From NCBI GenBank assembly GCA_029261895.1, contig JAJDAK010000011.1, positions 3,424 through 67,423 of the forward strand: 64,000 nt of DNA, read 5' to 3'. Numbering within the stretch: the first letter of the stretch is position 1; every line of letters begins with the position of its first letter. This DNA comes from Deltaproteobacteria bacterium. GTDB taxonomy: Bacteria; Myxococcota_A; UBA9160; SZUA-336. The notes under the pieces are model-generated. The model ran no database searches and had not been told where the DNA came from. It saw only the letters and a list, made by a program, of their open reading frames with translations. Both the position numbers and the translations under genes were made by a program. Below are positions 1 through 7,650 of this stretch, piece after piece.

Positions 1-485
1 AGGGCAGCGCAGAGTTCGAGGATTTCGCCTTCTTCCAAGAGAAACCGCTGCGATGGTCGCGCATGCCGCTCGAGATTGAGGCGTGTAGGAATTTCACAGA
101 TAAAACAGCCACCTGGGGCGAGTGCTTCAATCACCGCCGCAAAGAGGTCTCGCTGCAGGTAGTGAAAGCAACTGATCAAATCAAACCGACCTTCCGGTAA
201 CGATTCACTGGCTAAATCAAGCACCTGTATCTTCAGCGCAAGTTCACGCTTCTGCGCTTCTGCGCTGGCACGCTCCAGCCCCACCGCGGACACATCAACC
301 GCGAGGACCGAATAGCCCTGTGCCGCCAGCCAGAGCGCGACCGTGCCGGTACCTGAGGCGAGATCGAGAGCGCGACCGCAGGGTAAATCGAGTTCGAGCT
401 CGGAAATCCAATCCGGTCCAGCGCCCGGTGGATGCGAACCTTCCGCGTATCGCTGATCCCAACGCACGCGATCCTGCTCCGACAA
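1..485 (-). CDS. Class I SAM-dependent methyltransferase (TehB/UbiE-like). N-terminal part only, since the C-terminus runs past the window start.
   Basis: Hand translation of the minus strand gives ...SLSEQDRVRWDQRYAEGSHPPGAGPDWISELELDLPCGRALDLASGTGTVALWLAAQGYSVLAVDVSAVGLERA...GRFDLISCFHYLQRDLFAAVIEALAPGGCFICEIP. This contains SAM-binding motif I (LDLASGTG). A TTG start lies immediately after the TAG stop of the upstream gene. The 3' end is outside the window. Confidence 0.55.
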   Translation of the reverse strand, partial: MSEQDRVRWDQRYAEGSHPPGAGPDWISELELDLPCGRALDLASGTGTVALWLAAQGYSVLAVDVSAVGLERASAEAQKRELALKIQVLDLASESLPEGRFDLISCFHYLQRDLFAAVIEALAPGGCFICEIPTRLNLERHARPSQRFLLEEGEILELCAA

Positions 486-486
486 G

Positions 487-1644
487 CTAGTGATGAAACA
501 GACGGATGCCGCTGTGCACCATCGTGATGCCGTACTCTTCGCAGGCGGCGTTGACATCGTCGTCACGGGCCGAACCACCGGGTTGCGCGATAAAGCTCAC
601 ACCGTGCTTCGCACAGTGGTCGATATTATCGCGAAACGGAATGAAGCCATCGGAAACCATCGACACGCCGTTGAGTTTGGCGGCCCAGTCGCGCTTCTCC
701 TCTGAACCGAGCGCGGGTTTCGGCTGCTCCAATACGTCATTGAATGCGGCTTGTTCAGACGTGGTGAGATCGCCCTCGATAAAGCGGACGCGCCAATTGA
801 TACGATCCTGACGCCTCACACCTTTCTTGAAGCGTAAGCCGAGCACACGCGGATGACGTCCCATATGCCAGACATCCGCCTTAGCGCCCGCAAGCTTGGT
901 GCAATCAACACGGGACTGTTGTCCGGCGCCGATGCCGATCATCTGACCATCCAACGCATAGCCGACTGAGTTGGATTGCGTGTACTTCAAGGTGATCAAA
1001 CCCAGGACAAGATCACGGCGAGCTGCATCGGTCAGTTCGCCGGTAACGACGGACGCAAGATCGTCCAGCGTGATCACGCGATTGTTACGGTCTTGCACCA
1101 AGCGCATGCCATAGATCTCTCGGGTCTCACGTTCTGGCGGGATAAAACCTGGATCCGCCTTCATCACAATGAACGAGCCGCCCTTCTTGGCAGCCAAGGT
1201 CTTGAGCGCAGCAGAATCATAGTCGGGCGCCACGATGCCATCGGAGATCACGCCTTTGAGAAAGTCAGCGGTGCTCTGATCGACAGGGGTCGACAGCGCA
1301 ACAAAATCGCCAAACGAACTCTTCGGATCGGCGCCCCGCGCCCGGACATAGGCCAATGCAGCGGGCGTAAGCTCGCGTCCCTCGACCTCGTAGGCGCGGG
1401 ATAACTCGGCGGGCAGCTCAACCGCCACCGCCGCACCCGCTGGCGAAACATGTTTGAAGCTCGCAGCTGCAGGCAAGCCGAGCGCTTCCCCGGCCTCGGC
1501 AGCCAGCTGCCAAGCATTCAACGCATCGAGCAGATTGATGATTGAGGGCGTGCCGTTTAAGACCTCAAGCGGCCGCGTACCTTCAGTCAAAGGCTCCGCA
1601 GACGCATAGGCTTGATGTGGGTTGCAACCGTACTTGAGTCGCAT
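487..1644 (-). CDS. AICAR transformylase-domain protein: the PurH C-terminal domain only, with no IMP cyclohydrolase (MGS-like) domain
   Basis: ORF track 487..1785. The protein from MRLKYGCNPHQ onward matches the PurH AICARFT domain (YGxNPHQ, FKHVSPAGAAVAV, and a C-terminal SDGFIPFRDNIDHCAKHGVSFIAQPGGSARDDDV...HSGIRLFHH). The ATG at 1644 has a GGAGGA ribosome-binding site 5-6 nt upstream. The in-frame extension to 1785 has no MGS-like sequence and would overlap the next gene. Confidence 0.75.
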   Translation of the reverse strand: MRLKYGCNPHQAYASAEPLTEGTRPLEVLNGTPSIINLLDALNAWQLAAEAGEALGLPAAASFKHVSPAGAAVAVELPAELSRAYEVEGRELTPAALAYVRARGADPKSSFGDFVALSTPVDQSTADFLKGVISDGIVAPDYDSAALKTLAAKKGGSFIVMKADPGFIPPERETREIYGMRLVQDRNNRVITLDDLASVVTGELTDAARRDLVLGLITLKYTQSNSVGYALDGQMIGIGAGQQSRVDCTKLAGAKADVWHMGRHPRVLGLRFKKGVRRQDRINWRVRFIEGDLTTSEQAAFNDVLEQPKPALGSEEKRDWAAKLNGVSMVSDGFIPFRDNIDHCAKHGVSFIAQPGGSARDDDVNAACEEYGITMVHSGIRLFHH

Positions 1645-1676
1645 GGAATCCTCCGTCGCTGCGCGCGGAGCATACC

Positions 1677-2636
1677 CTAGGAGATCGGCGCTTGTCTCAT
1701 CAGTTCGATTCCCGCGTGTGGAGCGTCGGTGGTATGCACCACGGTAAGCGCAACCCCGCCAGCGGTATGTTCGGTGCGGATGCAAATTGGGATGCTCGGC
1801 TCAGAGCTTTCGACTGCATCTCGAATCAACTGTTCGAGCATGGGTCCAACTTCAGCGGGGTCGAATCCGAGTTTCGGCAGGTCTTCTACCAGCGAGAGTT
1901 CGACCACCAATTTATGGTCTTCGAGTAACGCACGACTGCGGTCGACCGCGGTGATGACCAAATCATTGAGCGTGGCCGGCCATTGCCGCGAAACCGTGGG
2001 GACCGAAGAAGTCGTGGCGTCTCGAATCGCGGTTGCGCAGCGCCGCGTCATGCGGAGCACATCGCGTAACGCGCGCTCCATCGCCTGAAAAGAGTCCGGA
2101 CCTGAACGCTCCATCAACGCGCACTCTGCCGCCATCTGAATGGTCGCTAGCCGATTGTTGAGCGAATGCGCGAGCTGGTCGATCGCCTGCACGGCCGGTT
2201 CAGCCCCGATCGCGGGCTCATCGTGTACTCGATCCAGCATCCGCCCGACACCGACAATCTGGGTACTGCCATCGTTCGATAGCGTGGCTGTTACTAAAAT
2301 CTCATAGAGGCAGCTCTGGCCTTCGCGTTTCTTCAAGCGAAGCTTGAAACATCGAGGCAACCGACTCGAACGCAGCTCGGTCAACTCCTGTGTCAGCTGT
2401 TTCCAATCCTGCACATGCACGATGTCGGAAATCGGCGCGCCGTGGAGTTCTTCCTGGGTGTAACCCAGGCGCTCTGAACCACCGCGATTCGTGAAGGTGA
2501 CATGATCTTCAGCATCGAGCTCGAAGACGAGATCGGAGATCGCATCCAGGATTCGGCGTGAACGATCCCGCTCCGCGCCGAGGTTCTCACGCGGTGCACC
2601 CCCTCTGGGCGGGCGGCTGGGATCGTCATATAGCAT
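1677..2636 (-). CDS. PAS-domain sensor histidine kinase-like protein, with HisKA-like dimerisation and an apparently incomplete ATPase domain
   Basis: ORF track 1677..2723 with a GTG start. The internal ATG at 2636 is my preferred start. It has a PAS-like block (ILDAISDLVFELDAEDHVTFTN...), an H-box region (AHSLNNRLATIQMAAE) and an N-box-like C-terminus. No G1/G2 glycine boxes are visible. It is transcribed divergently from the four-domain fusion gene. Confidence 0.5.
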   Translation of the reverse strand: MLYDDPSRPPRGGAPRENLGAERDRSRRILDAISDLVFELDAEDHVTFTNRGGSERLGYTQEELHGAPISDIVHVQDWKQLTQELTELRSSRLPRCFKLRLKKREGQSCLYEILVTATLSNDGSTQIVGVGRMLDRVHDEPAIGAEPAVQAIDQLAHSLNNRLATIQMAAECALMERSGPDSFQAMERALRDVLRMTRRCATAIRDATTSSVPTVSRQWPATLNDLVITAVDRSRALLEDHKLVVELSLVEDLPKLGFDPAEVGPMLEQLIRDAVESSEPSIPICIRTEHTAGGVALTVVHTTDAPHAGIELMRQAPIS

Positions 2637-2755
2637 GAGCCAATACCCCCGGCGCCAATTCTCGCAGGATACCCTTTTTCGACGCCAACGGAGTCCCAGC
2701 CGTTGTAGAATATCGTCTGACACACCGTCAGTTTTCTGTGAAGGGAAAGGATCAG

Positions 2756-5700
2756 ATGCCAGCGCGGTACCTCATGGGCTTGGACCTCGGCGGCAGCGGA
2801 GGGCGCTGCCTATTACTGGATCCGGATTCCGGAGAGCAGTTCGTGAGCACGCGCGCCTGGCGCCACGCTCCGGTTCAAGACCAGGGCAATCTCGCTTTCA
2901 ACCTTAACTTTAATGAAATCGATCAAGCCCTTACCAACACCATTGCTGAGGCGCTGGAGCTGGCGGGAGCACAGGCTTCGGACATCGCTGGAATCGCGTG
3001 TACCGGAATGCGCCACGGCATGGTCCTGACCGATCGCGACCTGCAACCCATCTTCGCGGTCCCGACCCGCGATACACGAGCTGCGCTCAGCATCGGCGAA
3101 CTGGTGAACAGCGTCGGACCGCGCTGTTTGGAAGAATGCGGTTCCTGGCCGAACCCGGTTCATCTGGCTACCCGACTGCGCTGGCTCGCAACCACCCAAG
3201 ACGAGCTTTGGCGAGAGGCGAGCTGCGTGCTCGGCATCGGCGAATACTTTGCAGCGCGGCTCAGCGGCGAAGCCGCTGCGGAGCCCTCCCAAGCCAGTGC
3301 CAGCGTGTTGTTGAATCTCGCGAGCCGCGATTGGGCCTGGAACTTAATAGATGACTTGAACTTTCCACGTGAACTCTTTCCAGCAGTTCGTGTTGCAGGA
3401 TCTCCGCTTGGACATGTCACAGACGAGGCCGCCTCGGCGCTTGGATTGACGCCCGGCACGCCGGTGATCATCGGCGCTGGCGATACGCATGCTGCGTTGC
3501 TGGCGGCTGGCGTTGTGGAGCCCGGGCAGATAGGTATCTGTGCCGGTAGCACGGCTCCGCTCATGGGCGTTCTCGAGACGCCGCGCATCGATCCCGACGG
3601 TCGCCTTTGGGTCGAACCCCATATCATTCCTGGACGCTCGGTCGTTGAAAGCAACGCCGGTGGCGTCGGTGAAGCGCTCGAATGGTTCGCCCGCTTGCTC
3701 TTCCGCGATGAGATCTACCCGATGGATCACCTCTTTGCGAACGCCGCCGAAGCCAGGCTTGGATCCCGCGGGGTGCTTTCGACTTTAGGGCCGCAGGTGA
3801 TGGACGGAAAGTCGCTCGCTTTCCCCCTCGGCCGTATTCACCTCACACCGTTTTCACTGATCGACACCGCAGCCGATCGCGCGGATCTCGCGCGTGGTGT
3901 GGTGGAAGGGATCGCCTATGGGTTGCGCGCTAACGCCGAACAAATCATCGCGCATATGGGGACGGTCCCCGAGGAAATCGTAATTACCGGTGGACTGGCG
4001 AGGAATACATTCTTCACTCAACTCTTGAGTGATGTATTGAATCGCCCTGTTGCGGTAGCCAAAGGCGAGCAGACCACGGCGCTGGGAGCTGCACTCTCTG
4101 CCGGGGTCGGTGTAGGCGTATTCGAGAATCTCAGCCAGGCCAGCGCAGTCACGCGTGCTGTGGAACGCCGACATGAACCCCATCCCGATCACGCCGCCGC
4201 CTACGAGTCGATCTACCAAGGTTGGTCGCGTGTTCGTAATGCGGCGATGCCCGGGGATGCCGAGGCGGCCGGCTTGACGATCCAGACTTCGCTGCGTGAA
4301 GCACCAGCGGTCCAATCCTCAGCCGCGCTGCGTTTTCGTCCGAAGATTCTGGTGACCGCTGAATTGGATGCGTTGAGCCTCGAGCGGCTGCAGAATTTGG
4401 GTGACGTCGAGTACGCGAGTTTTCGCGACGCCATGCGGTTGCTCACGGGACCCGACTTGGTCGAAGCCCTCAAAGGCGTACACATCTTCATCACGGAAGT
4501 GGATGTTGTTGACGCTGCGGTGCTCGAACAAGCGACAGACCTCCGGGCGATCGCCATCTGTCGCAGCGACGCGGTAAACGTGGACCTCGAAGCCTGTACC
4601 GCCGTTGGCATCCCCGCGTTGCACGCACCCGGTCGCAATGCCGACGCGGTGGCGGATCTCACACTCACCTACATGCTCACACTGGCGCGCAAATGGGTCG
4701 ATGCCACGCAGTTTCTGCAGCGTCCCGGCGGCGAGGCCGGCGACATGGCGCGGATGGGTCAGGCGTTTCAGGAACTCCTGGGTCACGAGCTTTGGCAGAA
4801 AACCGTCGGCTTGGTTGGCCTGGGTGCCGTGGGTCGACAGGTCGCGAAACGTCTGCAAGCATTCGGCGCAAAGCTCTTGGTCTTCGATCCATATCTCCCG
4901 TCTCAGGCCGCGCGTGTGCTTGGCGCAGAACCCGTTGATTTAGACGAGCTACTCACGCGCAGTGATTTCGTCAGCCTGCACGCTCCCGTTACTCCCACGA
5001 CTGAAGGGATGATCGGTGGGCCCGAGTTCGGACGCATGAAACAGGGTGCGATGTTGATCAACTCGGCTCGCGCTGCGTTGGTCGACTACGACGCGTTGAT
5101 CACGAGTTTAAAGAGCGGTCACTTGGGTGGCGCCGCGGTGGATGTCTTTCCGATCGAACCGCCCGCGGCCGACGACCCGCTGCTCTCCATACCCAATTTG
5201 ATCGCGACGCCACATATCGGTGGGAACACCGTGGAGGTCGGCGCCCACCAGGGCGAGATTATTACGGACGATCTCACACGCATGCTCCGCGGCGAAGCGC
5301 CGCAGCACGCGTTGAATCCCGCTGCACTCGAGCGGTTCCGTTGGGACGGAAGTCGGGAAACCCTGGACACCGACACCTGGGATGACCTCAAGCGCGCCGC
5401 AGGTCCGACGGTCTCGGGTCCACAGAGGGCACCCGCCGTTGCAGCGGTTGCGGCAAAGCCCGAGACGGATCCAGCCTCGCGCCGCGACGACGCACAGTAC
5501 GTGAACGCGCGAGCCAAGATGCAGCCGCTTCTCGGAGCATTCGTGGCGGATTGTCTGGACGATGATGCGCTCGGCACGTTCGCTAACGGCAAATCCGTCA
5601 TCCTGCATTTCATCTTGAACGATCTCGACTTGGACTTTCAGCTGGGCTTTGCGGGTGACCGTGTCATCGGTGAGCTAGGCGCACCGAATCCAGATCCTGA

Positions 5701-6580
5701 CGTACAGCTAAAAATGAAAGCCGATATTTTCGACGGCATGTTCACGGATCGCGTCAATCCAATGCAGGCTGCGATGAACGGAAAGCTCAGCTTCAGCGGC
5801 GATACCGCGAAAGCGATGACGCTGCAACAGATTCAAGCGGATCTCTCACGAATCTACAGCGCCACACGCGAGAGAGTTGGAGATCCCGGGGATCTCGGCG
5901 CGCTCGAGCCTGCTTCGGCCGCGGTTTCGGTCCCGGAAGGCGGCGAGGGCCAAGCGTTGAAACAGGAATTGGTCGACGTGGTGAACGAACTCTATTCCAC
6001 ACAGTTGATCACGGCGACCGGCGGGAACGTCAGCGCGCGAATTCCGGAAACGGACGAACTCTGGATCACACCCAGCCAACTCTTTAAGGGCGACCTCTCG
6101 CCCGAAATCCTGGTGCGCATCGATATTGAGGGCAAGGCGGTGGGAGACCAAGCCCTCTCGGCGTCGAGCGAACGTATGATGCACTGCGCGATTCTGAAAG
6201 CGAAACCGGAAGCGCAGGCCGTTGTTCACGCGCACGCCCCCCATGCGACCATTCTTGCCAATACCGGCCTCCCCTTCTTACCGATCTCCACTGAAGCGGC
6301 GTTCTTCTCGGAGATCCCACGCATACCGTTCATCATGCCGGGTACGAACGAGCTCGCAGAGGCTATCGCGGAAGCGATCGGTGATGGTTGGGCGGTCTTG
6401 ATGCAAAATCATGGGTTGTTGGTCGCGGGTCGCAGCCTGCGCCGAGCCGCAGACATGGTCGAAATCATTGAACGCACCTGTGAAGTGATTCTGGGTTGCT
6501 ACGCCGTCGGTAAAGAACCGCCCGTGCTACCCGAAGAAACCGTTGCGATCTTGCGAGAGATGGGCGACCTCGTCGCCTAG
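2756..6580 (+). CDS. Four-domain fusion protein: FGGY carbohydrate kinase, D-isomer-specific 2-hydroxyacid dehydrogenase, SCP2 sterol-carrier domain, class II aldolase/adducin domain
   Basis: One continuous frame (ORF track 2738..6580 from a GTG start). The ATG at 2756 follows the AGGA-rich stretch ending at 2751. Kinase: GLDLGGSGG...IGAGDTHAALLAAG...GGLARNTFFTQLLSDVLNRPVAVAKGEQTTALGAALSAG. Dehydrogenase: VGLVGLGAVGRQVAKRLQAFGAKLLVFDPY...NLIATPHIGGNT. SCP2: NPMQAAMNGKLSFSGDTAKAMTLQQI. Aldolase: ATGGNVSAR...SSERMMHCAILKA...VVHAHAPHATILA. Confidence 0.8.
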   Translation: MPARYLMGLDLGGSGGRCLLLDPDSGEQFVSTRAWRHAPVQDQGNLAFNLNFNEIDQALTNTIAEALELAGAQASDIAGIACTGMRHGMVLTDRDLQPIFAVPTRDTRAALSIGELVNSVGPRCLEECGSWPNPVHLATRLRWLATTQDELWREASCVLGIGEYFAARLSGEAAAEPSQASASVLLNLASRDWAWNLIDDLNFPRELFPAVRVAGSPLGHVTDEAASALGLTPGTPVIIGAGDTHAALLAAGVVEPGQIGICAGSTAPLMGVLETPRIDPDGRLWVEPHIIPGRSVVESNAGGVGEALEWFARLLFRDEIYPMDHLFANAAEARLGSRGVLSTLGPQVMDGKSLAFPLGRIHLTPFSLIDTAADRADLARGVVEGIAYGLRANAEQIIAHMGTVPEEIVITGGLARNTFFTQLLSDVLNRPVAVAKGEQTTALGAALSAGVGVGVFENLSQASAVTRAVERRHEPHPDHAAAYESIYQGWSRVRNAAMPGDAEAAGLTIQTSLREAPAVQSSAALRFRPKILVTAELDALSLERLQNLGDVEYASFRDAMRLLTGPDLVEALKGVHIFITEVDVVDAAVLEQATDLRAIAICRSDAVNVDLEACTAVGIPALHAPGRNADAVADLTLTYMLTLARKWVDATQFLQRPGGEAGDMARMGQAFQELLGHELWQKTVGLVGLGAVGRQVAKRLQAFGAKLLVFDPYLPSQAARVLGAEPVDLDELLTRSDFVSLHAPVTPTTEGMIGGPEFGRMKQGAMLINSARAALVDYDALITSLKSGHLGGAAVDVFPIEPPAADDPLLSIPNLIATPHIGGNTVEVGAHQGEIITDDLTRMLRGEAPQHALNPAALERFRWDGSRETLDTDTWDDLKRAAGPTVSGPQRAPAVAAVAAKPETDPASRRDDAQYVNARAKMQPLLGAFVADCLDDDALGTFANGKSVILHFILNDLDLDFQLGFAGDRVIGELGAPNPDPDVQLKMKADIFDGMFTDRVNPMQAAMNGKLSFSGDTAKAMTLQQIQADLSRIYSATRERVGDPGDLGALEPASAAVSVPEGGEGQALKQELVDVVNELYSTQLITATGGNVSARIPETDELWITPSQLFKGDLSPEILVRIDIEGKAVGDQALSASSERMMHCAILKAKPEAQAVVHAHAPHATILANTGLPFLPISTEAAFFSEIPRIPFIMPGTNELAEAIAEAIGDGWAVLMQNHGLLVAGRSLRRAADMVEIIERTCEVILGCYAVGKEPPVLPEETVAILREMGDLVA

Positions 6581-7650
6581 GACTGAACCGTTCGCTTGCC
6601 CAAGAGATTGAGCTTGTAGCGACGTATCGTCTCGGGGGCGATCCGTTGACCATCGGTGCTCTCAAATGCGAGCGCGTCCATCGGGCATTGCACGACGCAA
6701 GCACCACAGCGCACACAACGATCGTCATGAGCCAAAATCGCTTTACGAGGCTCTGATTGTTTTTCGAAGCACGCTTCCGGACAAACCTCCCAACATGAGA
6801 ACACGCCCTGGCAACGATCCCGGTCTAGAGAGATCCGCCACTCGCGCTCCGCAAAATGACTTCCACCTTCAATAGGCGTTGAACCGGAGTAATCGAATGT
6901 CAGTACACCGGACAAAAACCATGTCGAGAGAAATGCAGCAGCCCAGGTGCTCGGACCCCCATGGATACAAAGGACCACGAGTGCAGCGACCGCAGTTGCA
7001 AGTAGCGTGAACAAGGTTCTTCGCGGTTCTGGCAAGCGGTCATAGAACTGAAACATGGTGATCGCAAGGACGACCGCCCAAATGACAATCGGCAAGGCGA
7101 ACTCGGAAAATGCAAACGCCCCAACGCCACCGACTACGATCGCCGTAGGAGTCGCCCAGGCGGCCGCCATTTCCAAGCGTTCACGCGTGCCGAAGCGTAC
7201 GCGCCGCATTGCGTCGTCTTTCTTCGCGCCACGCGCGAGATAGCGCGGAATATCTACTGCATCCACGGGACCGAAACGAACCTTCCAACCACAGCGGCGT
7301 GACACCTCGCGTGCTTCAACGCCCGTCGCCGCCAGTTGAGGCAAGATCGCACGCCGATGGGTGACTCGATCTTCGATGCCCGAAGTTTTGAGCGCACTCA
7401 CGACCTGATGCGTGCTGAAGTGTCCTCCCGCAGCCGCGCACCAGATATTGATGCCCGAACTCGGCGCAACGACCAGCCACGCGTCCATACCTTTGAGGGC
7501 TCGGATCACAGACCGAACCGTGAAATCGTAGTTCCCGGTCACGAGTACCGGACTGCTCGAATCCGGTTGCCCGATCGCTCGCAGGCCCGGTTCGGTCGAC
7601 CAGGGAAAAAGACGAAAGCCGGTTTGCATGACGTTGCGCAAGAGACTCAT
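6577..7650 (-). CDS. HgcA-like corrinoid-binding membrane protein fused to an HgcB-like 2x[4Fe-4S] ferredoxin (fused HgcAB-like)
   Basis: ORF track 6577..7893. The ATG at 7650 forms an ATGA overlap with the stop of the upstream methyltransferase. The N-terminal domain has the HgcA-family signature VLVTGNYDFTVRSVIRALKGMDAWLVVAPSSGINIWCAAAGGHF and the downstream DRVTHRRAILPQLAATGVEAREV motif. About 4 predicted TM helices follow. The C-terminus has CQGVFSCWEVCPEAC and CVRCGACVVQCP. Confidence 0.75.
   Translation of the reverse strand: MSLLRNVMQTGFRLFPWSTEPGLRAIGQPDSSSPVLVTGNYDFTVRSVIRALKGMDAWLVVAPSSGINIWCAAAGGHFSTHQVVSALKTSGIEDRVTHRRAILPQLAATGVEAREVSRRCGWKVRFGPVDAVDIPRYLARGAKKDDAMRRVRFGTRERLEMAAAWATPTAIVVGGVGAFAFSEFALPIVIWAVVLAITMFQFYDRLPEPRRTLFTLLATAVAALVVLCIHGGPSTWAAAFLSTWFLSGVLTFDYSGSTPIEGGSHFAEREWRISLDRDRCQGVFSCWEVCPEACFEKQSEPRKAILAHDDRCVRCGACVVQCPMDALAFESTDGQRIAPETIRRYKLNLLGKRTVQS

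Noticed and set aside
1677-1785. In-frame N-terminal extension of the AICARFT ORF to 1785
   Set aside because: It would overlap the histidine kinase gene by about 110 nt. It has no MGS-like sequence. The internal ATG at 1644 has a GGAGGA ribosome-binding site.
2738-2755. GTG start at 2738 for the fusion protein, as in the ORF track
   Set aside because: The ATG at 2756 is preceded by an AGGA-rich stretch 4 nt upstream. A start at 2738 would place that ribosome-binding stretch inside the coding sequence. The GTG remains possible.
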